Of a stretch of 64,000 nt of DNA, positions 49,416 through 59,974 are shown in pieces (positions within the stretch are counted from its first letter, which is position 1; each line of letters starts with the position of its first letter). A program made the position numbers and the translations under genes. The DNA is from Patescibacteria group bacterium (GTDB lineage Bacteria > Patescibacteriota > Microgenomatia > Levybacterales > UBA12049): the NCBI GenBank assembly GCA_035946335.1, contig DASYZL010000022.1, forward strand, positions 401 to 64,400. Reading direction: 5' to 3'. The notes under the pieces are model-generated. The model searched no databases, was not told the DNA's origin, and saw nothing but the letters and a program-made list of their open reading frames with translations.

Positions 49416-51140
49416 CGCAACAAGGTCAAACAACGCTTTTTGTGGAATTTCAATTTTACTGATTGTCATCATTTTTGCTTTTCCTTTTTTCTGTGCTTCC
49501 AGTAGTTTATCTTTTCTTGTTCTATCCCCCCCACTCATCTTTGCAAGGACATCTTTGCGGTAAGGGGGAATTTCTTCCCTGGCAATAATATGTGAGCCGC
49601 TGTAACATTGGATAACCTGTTTCACCTGTTGACGGGGAAGCGCAACTTTGAGCTTTTCCGCCTTTTTCCGTCCGACAGCAACGGCTTCATCTCTGTAGAC
49701 AAATTCTGAAAGCACATCAATCGGCGTATCATTAATCCTCACTTCCAATTTCTCCAAATCAGCCTCCTTATAATCAGTGAGGTCATAATCAATACTGGCA
49801 AAACCGGATGAAATACTTTTTATTTCAGATGCAAACCCTTTCAGAAACGTGCTATATGGCATGTCATACTGCAAGACAACCGTATCATCCTGGTAGTCCA
49901 CTGAAAACAGGATGCCCCGCTGTCTTTGACATAACGCCATCGTACCACCAAGGTACAGTTGTGGTACATGAATGGTAAGATGTATATATGGCTCTTTGTA
50001 ACTGCCTAACTCTGTCTTCTCATAGACTACCTGAGGAATGGTAAATAACGGATCAAGTTGAAATTCCTGCTTGAGCCGTTCTTTAAAAATTTCTGCGTGC
50101 AATAATCCTAAAAACCCAGCGCGGAACCCGCTACCTAAAAAAGACGAATACTCCTCATGGAACGTGAGCGATGCATCGATAAGCGCCAGTTGATTAAACG
50201 CTTCTCGTAGTGGCACGAAATCGTCAGTTGCCTTTGGATAAACACCGAAAAATACCATTGGCTTTGGCGTTTTGTATCCAGGAAATGGCGCAATAGTTGT
50301 TCGAGCAAGAAAGATGGTATCCCCGACCCGACACTGGCGAATCGTTTTAATGCCGGTAACTATGTATCCAATTTCGCCACTCGACAGCTTCGTAGCGGGA
50401 ACAAGACCGGGAGTAAAGTACCCGACATCTTGCGCATTGGTTTTCTGGTGAGTTTGGAATAATTCTAAAGGGTTGTTTTGCTTCACTTCTCCATCAAGCA
50501 CTCTCACACATGCAATAACCCCGCGGTGTTCGTCATATACTGCATCAAAAATGATTGCCCGAAATGGTTTTATTGCCTCTCCCTTTGGAGCAGGAACTGT
50601 TTCGATGACGTTTTGCAAAAGCGTTACCACTCCCTGTCCTGTTTTTGCAGAAATATGGAGGATAGCTTCTTTTGCAAACCCGAGACCTTCCAATTGCTTC
50701 TCCACTACCTTTACTCGCGCATTTTCCATATCAATTTTGTTGATAACCGGAATAATCGTCAGGCGTGCTTTTTGCGCTTCACGCAAATGAGCAAGCGTTT
50801 GCGCTTGTACGCCTTTTGTCGCATCAACTAATAAAATTGCACCCTCACAGGCAACAAGTGTACGCGAAACTTCGTAGGAAAAATCTATATGTCCTGGTGT
50901 ATCAATGAGGTTTAACTGATAGACATTCCCTTCATATGAGTAATGCATCCGAACCGGTGCGAGTTTAATGGTAATTCCCCGCTCTCGCGAAATCGGGTTT
51001 TGGTCAAGAAATTGTTCTTGTTTCGTCAATGCTTCAGTCCGGATTGTTCCGGTAATTTCCAGAAACCTGTCGGAAAGCGTTGACTTCCCGTGATCTATAT
51101 GAGCTATTATGGCAAAGTTGCGGATATATCGCTGTTCCAT
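49410..51140 (-). CDS. lepA: elongation factor 4
   Basis: IRNFAIIAHIDHGKSTLSDR, RERGITIK, DTPGH, GFLGLLH, GGDRTRKDKLLEAQKKGK. Confidence 0.97.
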   Translation of the reverse strand: MEQRYIRNFAIIAHIDHGKSTLSDRFLEITGTIRTEALTKQEQFLDQNPISRERGITIKLAPVRMHYSYEGNVYQLNLIDTPGHIDFSYEVSRTLVACEGAILLVDATKGVQAQTLAHLREAQKARLTIIPVINKIDMENARVKVVEKQLEGLGFAKEAILHISAKTGQGVVTLLQNVIETVPAPKGEAIKPFRAIIFDAVYDEHRGVIACVRVLDGEVKQNNPLELFQTHQKTNAQDVGYFTPGLVPATKLSSGEIGYIVTGIKTIRQCRVGDTIFLARTTIAPFPGYKTPKPMVFFGVYPKATDDFVPLREAFNQLALIDASLTFHEEYSSFLGSGFRAGFLGLLHAEIFKERLKQEFQLDPLFTIPQVVYEKTELGSYKEPYIHLTIHVPQLYLGGTMALCQRQRGILFSVDYQDDTVVLQYDMPYSTFLKGFASEIKSISSGFASIDYDLTDYKEADLEKLEVRINDTPIDVLSEFVYRDEAVAVGRKKAEKLKVALPRQQVKQVIQCYSGSHIIAREEIPPYRKDVLAKMSGGDRTRKDKLLEAQKKGKAKMMTISKIEIPQKALFDLVAS

Positions 51141-51160
51141 TGATACGCATTATACCAGAG

Positions 51161-51643
51161 TCAGAGCGAAGAAAGGTTGTGCGAATACGCATGGGTTATC
51201 GCGATTGCCAACGCATCAGATGTGTCATCGGGAGATGGAATTTTTGTCAGATGAAGGGTTGCTTGCACCATTTTTCCCACTTGTCTTTTCTCTGCCCGTC
51301 CGTATCCTACCAAAGTATTTTTGACAACAAGTGGCGTATATACAGCAACAGAAATATTGTACTCAGCTGCTGTTAGCAGTACTACTCCCCTCGCCTGACC
51401 GACGATAAAGGCAGTTTTAACGTTTTTGTTGAAAAATAGATCTTCTACTGCCATTATCTCAGGGCTATACGTAGCCAAAATTCGCTTCATTTCCCGGTAA
51501 ATTTGCTCAAGGCGTTTTGGTAATTCGGTTGTTTTTGCCGTTTCAAAACAGTCAAATGCAACTGCAGTTACATTCCCTTTTTCCTTATCAATTATTCCCC
51601 ACCCTAATCGTCCGATACCAGGATCAACGCCAAGAATGCGCAT
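51161..51643 (-). CDS. ruvC: crossover junction endodeoxyribonuclease RuvC
   Basis: ILGVDPG, AVEDLFF, QARGV, GYGRAEKRQV, DDTSDALAIA. Confidence 0.97.
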   Translation of the reverse strand: MRILGVDPGIGRLGWGIIDKEKGNVTAVAFDCFETAKTTELPKRLEQIYREMKRILATYSPEIMAVEDLFFNKNVKTAFIVGQARGVVLLTAAEYNISVAVYTPLVVKNTLVGYGRAEKRQVGKMVQATLHLTKIPSPDDTSDALAIAITHAYSHNLSSL

Positions 51644-51708
51644 GTAATTCATACTAGCAGAAATACATTGTATTTGTAAAAAGGGTTCTTTTCATGTACA
51701 ATACGTAT

Positions 51709-52404
51709 GTGAAGAAGTATACCTTACAGGTAACAAAACGGGCTGTTTTTGGTAAGAAACTGAAAAAACTTCGTAAAGAAGGCATTCTGCCTGGTAATAT
51801 TTACGGGAAAGACCTCGTGTCAACTGCTGTACAGCTTCCTTTGAAAGAATTCGAAAACGTGTATCAGCAGGCTGGATCTTCAAGTGTAGTCGAAGTGGAA
51901 TTTGATGGGCAAAAACGACCTACACTGATTCATAATCTGCAATATGATTATGTCAGTCACATGCCACTTCATGCTGACTTCTTCCAGGTAAACCTCAAAG
52001 AAAAGGTAACAACAACAGTCCCTGTCGAGTTAGTCGGTGAACCAAAAGCAGTGACTGACAAAGTTGGATTATTGCTACAAACACTCAACGAAGTTGAGGT
52101 TGAAGCGTTACCCGCAGACCTGCCGGAACATGTTGTAATTGACGTTACCCATTTAACAGAAATAGGACAGCAAGTGAAGGTTAGTGACATTAAAAAACTT
52201 CCCGGCGTTGCAATCGTTACTGATGCAGAACAGGTTGTTGGTAGTATCGGTGAATTGGTAACCCAAGAAGCAGAAGAGCAAGCAGCGCAGGAAGAAGTTG
52301 CTGCTCAAGTCGCCGCAGGAGAAGAAACAGGAGCCGAGGGTGAAACACCGTCAACAGAAGAAAAACCGACAGAAACCCCACAAGAAGAACCAAAGAAAGA
52401 ATAA
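51709..52404 (+). CDS. rplY: 50S ribosomal protein L25/CTC
   Basis: KKLRKEGILPGNIYG, HADF, VPVELVGE, EALPADLP, acidic tail; GTG start 6 nt after TACAAT. Confidence 0.95.
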   Translation: MKKYTLQVTKRAVFGKKLKKLRKEGILPGNIYGKDLVSTAVQLPLKEFENVYQQAGSSSVVEVEFDGQKRPTLIHNLQYDYVSHMPLHADFFQVNLKEKVTTTVPVELVGEPKAVTDKVGLLLQTLNEVEVEALPADLPEHVVIDVTHLTEIGQQVKVSDIKKLPGVAIVTDAEQVVGSIGELVTQEAEEQAAQEEVAAQVAAGEETGAEGETPSTEEKPTETPQEEPKKE

Positions 52405-52827
52405 TTATTCCCTTTCCTCAATTGTTACAAGATTTTTCAATGTTTTTGCTTTGGTGAATGTCGGATCAAGCAGAAGCACATTTTGTAGAAATATGTTCGC
52501 GTTTTTCCAGTCATGATTTTGATATGCCAAGGTTGCCGCCTGAAAGTATGCATCTCTATACCCTGCATACGTGTTTGCGATACTGCTCCATAAGCGCATG
52601 GTATTCGTAAGCTGGGCTCGTTGATTTTGCACAGTCTCCCACTGTTGAAATGATTGAAAGAATTGAGTAAACAGCAGAAAGAGTAAAGAAAGCAAACTCA
52701 GTCCTATAGGAATCCAAAGTAAGCCGCTAAAATCGGTAATAAATCGGTAAATTCTCGGGAATCTTTTTTTACAGTACTTTCTCAAATGAAGCTCTCTGGT
52801 AAAAATCATAACCAAATTCATAGACAA
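52405..52827 (-). CDS. hypothetical membrane-anchored protein with TPR-like repeat
   Basis: TM followed by YAGYRDAYFQAATLAY...ANIFLQNVLLLDP. Confidence 0.65.
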   Translation of the reverse strand: MSMNLVMIFTRELHLRKYCKKRFPRIYRFITDFSGLLWIPIGLSLLSLLFLLFTQFFQSFQQWETVQNQRAQLTNTMRLWSSIANTYAGYRDAYFQAATLAYQNHDWKNANIFLQNVLLLDPTFTKAKTLKNLVTIEERE

Positions 52828-52891
52828 TCACTTTGATTGTATCAAGTCTATGATCAGAACACCAAATAGAAGTACAAGGAGGTGCGATTAA

Positions 52892-55123
52892 TTACGTTCG
52901 CGGCCAAGGTTGAATAATTAATGGCTTTTCTCCCATATACAATCGCTGGTAAATTTCTTCTGTTACAAACGGCATAAAAGGATGAAGAAGCGTAATAATA
53001 GTAAGATATAGAGAAACAAGTACAGTAAAACTTTCTTGTGTTACCCTTTTCTTCACATCTTCAATATATATATCGGCAAATTCGTGCCATGAGAATTCAT
53101 ACAGGCGCTCTGCAGCAAGGTTAAATTGATATTTTTCTATGTATCGGGTGATTTCTTGAGAGAACTTTTTTGTTTTATCGAGTATATGCTTATCATTAAG
53201 GTCTGTTGCTGAAAGATCCTTTATCTCTTTTACTGCTATCTGCAATGTTGTATCCTGTTGCATTTTGAACTCAATAAATCGTGCCATATTCCATAATTTA
53301 TTGGTAAATTTCCGCGCTGCTTCCAGTTTTGGATATGAGAGAATTTGGTCACTTCCCGTAGCGTTCCCGTAAATTAAGGCGAAACGTACTGCATCTGCTC
53401 CATATTGATCAGCAAGTTCCAACGGATTCACGACATTCCCCTTCGACTTACTCATTTTCTTTCCATATGGATCATTAACAATCCCATGTACTAATACATG
53501 GTGAAAAGGAACTGCTGCTGGCGTTATATAGATTCCTAGCATAACCATTCTACTCACCCATGCTTTTAAAATATCGTATGCTGTTTCCAGAACAGCTGTG
53601 GGATAAAACTTTTCAAAATCACCTTGCTTGCTGGTTTTTAACGTAACGAAAGGCCATTGGCCGGATGAAAACCAAGTATCAAACGTATCTGTTTCAGGCA
53701 GATATTTTTTTTCTTTCTCTTTTTGCTCCTCAAATACTGCTGTTGCCGAAATCGGTGCGATAACGCGTTGCAAACCTTTTACTATCTCTTCCCAACCAAA
53801 ACCTTTATCCAGTAATTCCTGTAAGTTTCCTTGCCGATGATTGCTTTGTTGGTCAATGAATGAAACAGTAAAGCGTTGTGCGTCGTTGACTTCATACCAC
53901 ACAGGAATCTGGATGCCCCAGACATTTTGCCTGCTGATATTCCAATCACGGAGATTCTCAAGCCATTGAAAGTAAGGTTGCTCAAAGTTTTTTGGAAAGA
54001 TTTGTATCCTGCCTTCCCGTACAACTGCTATCGCTTTTTGTTTTAATGTTTGCACATTTACATACCACTGTTCCAGAGGAAGCGGTTCTAAAACAGTTTT
54101 ACACTTATAGCAAATGCCTACTCTATGCATGTAATTCGTATCTATTTTTTCAATGAGTCCTTTCTTTTGCATTTGTGCAACAACTGCTTCCCGTGCTTTC
54201 TTGACAGACATTCCTGCAAATTCTCCTGCACATTCATTCATTTTTCCATCAAAGCCGATCACCTGTTTCATCGGTAACTGATGTCGTTTACCTACCTCGT
54301 AATCATTAAAATCATGAGCTGGAGTTATCTTAACAACACCTGTGCCAAACTGCGGATCAACATACTCATCAGCAATCACTTTCATTTTCACTTTACCTGA
54401 AACAGTTTCTATCTCAATTTCCTTTCCAATATATTTTTTATATCGTTTGTCGTTCGGGTTGACTGCAACGGCAGTATCACCAAACTTTGTTTCAGGACGG
54501 GTTGTCGCGAGAATTAACGGTCCGTATTTGATGTAATACAATGGGTCCTGCCGCTCTTCATAGCTCACTTCAAGATCAGAAAACGACGTGCCGTCTTTCG
54601 TGCAGTAATTCACTAAACGATAATCCCGATAGATAATGCTCTCATCATACATCTTACGGAATGTTTGTTTGACAAGGGTAACAATGCGCGGATCAAGTGT
54701 ATATTTCTCTCTTGTCCAATCCAAAGAGTAACCAAGACGACGAAGTTGTATTTCAATCCCACCACGATTCTCATCAACATATGCCTTGATGAGGTCATAC
54801 AATTCCACTCTTGAGTAGTCAAAACGGGACTTTCCTGACTTTGCAAGTTGTTTCTCAAACACAAACTGTGTTTCTATACCTGCATGGTCTGTTCCGGGAA
54901 GCCACAGAGCAGCTTCCCCCATCATCCGGTGATAACGGATGAGAATATCTTCAACAGTGAACATAGCGTGACCGAAATGCAAAGCTCCATTTGCATTTGG
55001 CGGAGGGAGAACAATACAATATGGTTTTCCCGTAGGATGTATTTCCGGCTGAAAATACTTTCCGTTCTCCCACATACGGTAGGTCTTTTCTTCAATTTTT
55101 TTATGATCGTAAACTTTATCCAT
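52892..55123 (-). CDS. valS: valine--tRNA ligase (short form, no C-terminal coiled-coil arm)
   Basis: PPPNANGALHFGH, PGTDHAGIETQ, TTRPET, GTGVVKITPAHD, DWNISRQ, DTWFSS, KMSKS. Confidence 0.97.
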   Translation of the reverse strand: MDKVYDHKKIEEKTYRMWENGKYFQPEIHPTGKPYCIVLPPPNANGALHFGHAMFTVEDILIRYHRMMGEAALWLPGTDHAGIETQFVFEKQLAKSGKSRFDYSRVELYDLIKAYVDENRGGIEIQLRRLGYSLDWTREKYTLDPRIVTLVKQTFRKMYDESIIYRDYRLVNYCTKDGTSFSDLEVSYEERQDPLYYIKYGPLILATTRPETKFGDTAVAVNPNDKRYKKYIGKEIEIETVSGKVKMKVIADEYVDPQFGTGVVKITPAHDFNDYEVGKRHQLPMKQVIGFDGKMNECAGEFAGMSVKKAREAVVAQMQKKGLIEKIDTNYMHRVGICYKCKTVLEPLPLEQWYVNVQTLKQKAIAVVREGRIQIFPKNFEQPYFQWLENLRDWNISRQNVWGIQIPVWYEVNDAQRFTVSFIDQQSNHRQGNLQELLDKGFGWEEIVKGLQRVIAPISATAVFEEQKEKEKKYLPETDTFDTWFSSGQWPFVTLKTSKQGDFEKFYPTAVLETAYDILKAWVSRMVMLGIYITPAAVPFHHVLVHGIVNDPYGKKMSKSKGNVVNPLELADQYGADAVRFALIYGNATGSDQILSYPKLEAARKFTNKLWNMARFIEFKMQQDTTLQIAVKEIKDLSATDLNDKHILDKTKKFSQEITRYIEKYQFNLAAERLYEFSWHEFADIYIEDVKKRVTQESFTVLVSLYLTIITLLHPFMPFVTEEIYQRLYMGEKPLIIQPWPRT

Positions 55124-55224
55124 TTTTGCAATTCTAACACACTGGGTGTAAATCGGGCAATGGTATGATACATAAGCATCTATTGTCCCTTTCGGAAATT
55201 CGCAGTATACTTTTTTCTATTCTT

Positions 55225-56487
55225 ATGGAAAATAACCCTTGGATACGAGCACAGAAACAACTGGAAAAAATTGCAAAACAAATACATCTTACGCCACTTC
55301 TTCTTGCAAGACTTAGTCAACCGGACAGAGAAATTACCGTTTCGCTACCAATCAAAATGGATAACGGAGACATTAAAATATTTACCGGCTATCGCATACA
55401 ACATAATAACATTCTTGGTCCATATAAAGGAGGTCTTCGCTATCACCCAAAAGTCAACATGGATGAGGTGCTGGCACTTGCTTTTTGGATGAGCATGAAA
55501 TGCGCTGTTGTTGACATCCCGATGGGAGGGGGTAAAGGAGGAATCACCGTTAATCCAAAAGAACTGTCAGAACGGGAGTTACGTACTTTGTCAAAACTTT
55601 TTACCCAACGCCTCGCTACTGCTATCGGCCCGACAATTGATGTTCCCGCGCCTGATGTCAATACCAACCCGAAAATTATCAGTTGGATTGCTGACGAATA
55701 CAGCAGCATTGTTGGTAAATATACTCCTGCTGTTATCACAGGAAAACCTATAAGCAAGGGTGGCTCCCAGGGACGGACAGAGGCAACAGGGCTTGGCGGC
55801 TGGTACGTGTTGCACACGTTACTAAAAAAACTAAAGCAACACCCAAAACAGTTGACAGCTGCTGTACAGGGATTTGGTAATGTCGGTTACTATATTGCAA
55901 CGTATCTTGCAAAGAATGGCATACAAGTTATTGCTGTCTCGGATTCAAAAGAAGGTATTTATGTTCGGGAAGGTTTAAATCCGAAAATGACATTGGAGTG
56001 CAAGCAAAAAAAAGGATATTTGTCAGGATGCTATTGCGTCGGGTCAGTGTGTGACTTGAATAAAGGAAGAAAAATCACCAATGAGCAATTACTTGAGCTT
56101 CCTGTTGATATTCTTGTCCCGGCTGCACTAGAAAATGTTATTACCAAAGAAAACGCAGATAAGATACAAGCAAAAATTATTCTGGAAATGGCAAACGGTC
56201 CGATCACCGCAGAAGCAGATGTTGTGCTTACAAAGAAAAACACTATTGTTATTCCTGATATTCTTGCAAATGCAGGAGGCGTGTGTACTTCGTATTTTGA
56301 GTGGTATCAGAATATGCATAATGAAATATGGAGCAAAAAAGAAGTGTTTGAAAAACTGGAGAAACAATTAGTCAGAGTAGCCAGCGAGGTTTACCAGACG
56401 GGTAAAAAAAACAATATATCACTCCGTGATGCTGCATATACAGTAGCATTAAAGCGTATTCAAAAACACTGGCATAAAGAAAAATAA
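55225..56487 (+). CDS. gdhA: Glu/Leu/Phe/Val dehydrogenase (glutamate dehydrogenase)
   Basis: GPYKGGLRYHP, GGGKGG, DVPAPD, GRTEATG, QGFGNVG, EMANGP, PDILANAGGV. Confidence 0.93.
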   Translation: MENNPWIRAQKQLEKIAKQIHLTPLLLARLSQPDREITVSLPIKMDNGDIKIFTGYRIQHNNILGPYKGGLRYHPKVNMDEVLALAFWMSMKCAVVDIPMGGGKGGITVNPKELSERELRTLSKLFTQRLATAIGPTIDVPAPDVNTNPKIISWIADEYSSIVGKYTPAVITGKPISKGGSQGRTEATGLGGWYVLHTLLKKLKQHPKQLTAAVQGFGNVGYYIATYLAKNGIQVIAVSDSKEGIYVREGLNPKMTLECKQKKGYLSGCYCVGSVCDLNKGRKITNEQLLELPVDILVPAALENVITKENADKIQAKIILEMANGPITAEADVVLTKKNTIVIPDILANAGGVCTSYFEWYQNMHNEIWSKKEVFEKLEKQLVRVASEVYQTGKKNNISLRDAAYTVALKRIQKHWHKEK

Positions 56488-56504
56488 TTTGCTATAACTA
56501 AATT

Positions 56505-57410
56505 ATGCAATCATCTCCTGTTATTATTCCTCTGGATGTACCAAAAGATAAAAGAAAAAAATACCTTCATAATTATGAACTCGTAACGCACAGAACAGGA
56601 CGGTTGATGCTTCTTGCAGGAGATCAGAAAGTGGAACACCTAAATGATGATTTTTATGGAGAAAGCATTGCTTCAGATGACAATAATCCGGAACATCTTT
56701 TCCGCATTGCTAACAAAGCTCGCATTGGCGCATTTGCAACGCAGCTTGGCCTTATTGCCCGATATGGGATGGACTACCCGAAGATTCCATATATTGTTAA
56801 ATTGAATGCAAAAACAAATCTGGTAAAGACGATGCAAAAAGACCCGCAGAGCTCATTATGGTATAAGGTTGAAGAAATTGAACGGTTTCAAAAAAACAGC
56901 GACCTGCATATAGCAGGAGTAGGGTATACAATCTACCTGGGGAGTGAATATGAATCAGACATGCTCCATCAGGCAGCATGTCTGACATACTGGGCACATC
57001 AGTATGGTATGCTTTCTATTATCTGGGGCTACGCCCGCGGCAGAGCAGTAAAAAATGAAAAGGATGCTCACCTTATCGCAGGAGCAGCTGGCGTTGCTGC
57101 CTGTTTGGGAGCAGACTTTGTGAAAGTGAATCACCCACACGCGGAAAATTCCGCCACAGCTTTAAAAGAAGCAGTGGCAGCAGCCGGACGGACCAAGCTG
57201 ATTTGTGCCGGTGGAAAAGAAGAAAATGCACAGACATTTTTTCAAACCCTCCATGATCAACTACATATTGCAAATACATCAGGCAGCGCAACAGGACGGA
57301 ACATTCACCAGCGCCCTCTTGATGAAGCAATACGGTTTACCAATGCAATTGCCTCCCTTACTTTTGACGCTGTCAGTGTTACTGAAGCAATGCGCATCTA
57401 CCATGAATAA
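56505..57410 (+). CDS. fbaB: class I (DhnA-type) fructose-bisphosphate aldolase
   Basis: AGDQKVEH, IVKLN, GYTIYLGSE, LGADFVK (Schiff-base Lys), AGG, GRNIHQ. Confidence 0.85.
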   Translation: MQSSPVIIPLDVPKDKRKKYLHNYELVTHRTGRLMLLAGDQKVEHLNDDFYGESIASDDNNPEHLFRIANKARIGAFATQLGLIARYGMDYPKIPYIVKLNAKTNLVKTMQKDPQSSLWYKVEEIERFQKNSDLHIAGVGYTIYLGSEYESDMLHQAACLTYWAHQYGMLSIIWGYARGRAVKNEKDAHLIAGAAGVAACLGADFVKVNHPHAENSATALKEAVAAAGRTKLICAGGKEENAQTFFQTLHDQLHIANTSGSATGRNIHQRPLDEAIRFTNAIASLTFDAVSVTEAMRIYHE

Positions 57411-57807
57411 AACACTCATTGATAAACTTGCCTACATTGAAATTAAAAATAAAAAGCTTCTTGTCACGTTAAGTCGCGGAAAGGACACATGGTATATTCC
57501 CGGTGGCAAACGGGAGCAGGATGAAACAGATAAACAAGCGCTTATTCGCGAAGTGAGAGAAGAGTTAACCGCACATTTACTTGCAGATAGTGTAACAAAA
57601 TATGGTGTGTTTGAAGCACAGGCACACGGTAAACCAGAAGGAACAATTGTCCGCATGATCTGCTATATGGCAAAGTACTCCGGAAACTTACAGCCAAGTT
57701 CAGAAATAGAGCGGATTGCATATTTTCATTACGGACAAAAGCATGCATGCTCTCCTGTTGATCACTTGATTTTTGATGATTTGAAGAAAAAAGAATTAAT
57801 AGATTAG
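57403..57807 (+). CDS. NUDIX hydrolase
   Basis: PGGKREQDETDKQALIREVREEL Nudix box; start ATG 57403 overlaps fba end. Confidence 0.9.
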   Translation: MNKTLIDKLAYIEIKNKKLLVTLSRGKDTWYIPGGKREQDETDKQALIREVREELTAHLLADSVTKYGVFEAQAHGKPEGTIVRMICYMAKYSGNLQPSSEIERIAYFHYGQKHACSPVDHLIFDDLKKKELID

Positions 57808-57852
57808 TTTGTTTCCCTTGCAATTTCTCTAAAAACTCCTTACGCTACGTAT

Positions 57853-59043
57853 ATGCTCATCTCCTCTATTGCACATGCGCATATTCGTAATAAGAGAGTG
57901 TTAGTCCGCGTTGATTATAATGTCAGTTTAACAGACAAGGGAAAAATTGCAGATGATGTTCGAATTAGCCAAACAATCCCAACGATAAAATTGCTTTTAA
58001 AAAATCACAATAGGCTTATTCTTATTTCCCATCTTGGGGAGCCAAAAAACCGTGATCCGAAATTTTCCCTCCATCCTGTTGCAAAAGATCTGCAAGAGTA
58101 CTTCCCTTCTCATAAAATTATTTTTGTTGATGATTTTCTTTCTGAAAAGGGCAAAAAACAACTCACAAGACAAAAACGCGATGAAATTCTTCTTTTGGAA
58201 AATGTGCGTTTTTATCCTGGAGAAAAAGCCAACAACATAACCTTCGCAAGACAACTTGCAACGCTTGCTGATATCTATGTCAATGATGCATTTGGTGTTA
58301 GCCATAGAAAGGATGCCTCCGTAGTGAGTCTTCCAAAACTCCTCCCCCACTTTGCAGGACTGTTAATGGAAAAAGAAGTGCAAGCAATTGGATTGATTTT
58401 AAACAGCCCGAAGAAACCGGTTGTCGCCATTATCGGAGGAGCAAAAGTATCTACGAAGATCCCCCTCTTGTATAAGCTTACAGAAATCGCAGATTACTTG
58501 TTATTGGGTGGTGGTATCGCAACAACATTTTTGTATACTCAAGGATTTGAAATAGGAAAAAGTTTCTTTGAGAAAGATCAGAAGCAAGAAGTTAAAAAAA
58601 TTCTCGTTCACGCAAGAAATAAAAAAACAATAATCCTTCTCCCAAGGGACACAATTTGCGCAAGCGCAAAAGACGCAACAGATACAACAGAGATTGCAAT
58701 AAACCACCTTCCAAAGGAGAAAATCATAACAGATATTGGATCAGAAACAGAGGCAATTTTTGGCAATATTATTGCACAAGCCAATACTATTGTTTGGAAC
58801 GGGCCGGTTGGCTATACTGAGTATCCATTGTACTCCCGGGGTACGGAGTTTTTGTATTATGCAATTACACAAAATCCACATTGTTATTCTGTCGTCGGTG
58901 GTGGCGATACATTAGCGGCAATTTCAAAGAAAGAATACGTTGAAAAAATTTCTCATATTTCAACTGGCGGTGGCGCGATGTTGGAGTTTATTGAAAAAGG
59001 AACTTTGCCAGGAATAGAGGCATTGAAAGAAAAGTATTTGTAA
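57853..59043 (+). CDS. pgk: phosphoglycerate kinase
   Basis: RVDYNV, SHLG, LLENVRF, NDAFG..HR, GGAKVSTK, WNGP, GGGDT, STGGGA. Confidence 0.98.
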   Translation: MLISSIAHAHIRNKRVLVRVDYNVSLTDKGKIADDVRISQTIPTIKLLLKNHNRLILISHLGEPKNRDPKFSLHPVAKDLQEYFPSHKIIFVDDFLSEKGKKQLTRQKRDEILLLENVRFYPGEKANNITFARQLATLADIYVNDAFGVSHRKDASVVSLPKLLPHFAGLLMEKEVQAIGLILNSPKKPVVAIIGGAKVSTKIPLLYKLTEIADYLLLGGGIATTFLYTQGFEIGKSFFEKDQKQEVKKILVHARNKKTIILLPRDTICASAKDATDTTEIAINHLPKEKIITDIGSETEAIFGNIIAQANTIVWNGPVGYTEYPLYSRGTEFLYYAITQNPHCYSVVGGGDTLAAISKKEYVEKISHISTGGGAMLEFIEKGTLPGIEALKEKYL

Positions 59044-59232
59044 AACTACATTAGCGATAATGTAAGTATTTTGTACTTACAGCTCCACTAAAAACAGCGA
59101 ACACTTTGATCTTCTTACTATTTTATGTGAACGAAAACAGAGCAAATCCTTCATCATCGTTGTATATAAATGCGAAGATAATAATTGCTTACTTTTTCAA
59201 ACCATCTGTATAATATCTGCTATAATCGTTGT

Positions 59233-59946
59233 ATGCAACCGACGAAAGCATACGCTCAGAAGATTTTTCATCTGTTAAAAGTTCACTATCCAGACGCAAA
59301 AATGATTCTGCGATGGAGTGATAATTTTGAGTTACTCACTGCAGTTATTCTTTCGGCGCAGTGTACTGATAAAAAAGTCAATGAGGTAACGACTGTTCTA
59401 TTTCCGAAGTATAAAAAATACCGGAATGAATGTAGAAGTTTTTACGAGCACTATCAACAAAACATAAAACTACCCAAAGATGAATTGATTGAACTTGTAA
59501 ACTTTGCGTTTGTTCCAATAGAAGAACTTGAAAGAGACATCAAATCAACAGGTTTTTATAAAGCGAAAGCAAAGAGTGTTCGGGGGGCAGCAAAGAAAGT
59601 ATTGGATGTATTCCATGGCATTTTGCCGAAATCAATTACAGAATTGACTGCTATTCCTGGTGTTGGCAGAAAAACTGCGAATGTCTTTTTAGGAAACGCG
59701 TATCATATCTCAGAGGGTATTGCTGTTGACACTCATGTAAAAAAGCAGGCAAAACTACTCGGACTCACTAGCAATACTGAACCGGATAAAATAGAACAGG
59801 ATTTAATGAAGCTCTTTCCAAAAGAGCAATGGTTTCCGCTCACCTATCTCTTGATTGAGCATGGAAGAAATATGCGAAGAAAAAAGGAAGATCGTGTATC
59901 TTGCAAGATATCGGATTGCTTACTATGCAATGCTGAGGAAAAATAA
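59233..59946 (+). CDS. nth: endonuclease III (HhH-GPD glycosylase/AP lyase)
   Basis: FELLTAVILSAQCTDKKVN, IKSTGFYKAKA, IPGVGRKTANV, IAVDTHV. Confidence 0.93.
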   Translation: MQPTKAYAQKIFHLLKVHYPDAKMILRWSDNFELLTAVILSAQCTDKKVNEVTTVLFPKYKKYRNECRSFYEHYQQNIKLPKDELIELVNFAFVPIEELERDIKSTGFYKAKAKSVRGAAKKVLDVFHGILPKSITELTAIPGVGRKTANVFLGNAYHISEGIAVDTHVKKQAKLLGLTSNTEPDKIEQDLMKLFPKEQWFPLTYLLIEHGRNMRRKKEDRVSCKISDCLLCNAEEK

Positions 59947-59974
59947 CTAACTGACTTTCCATTGTTATGCCTCT

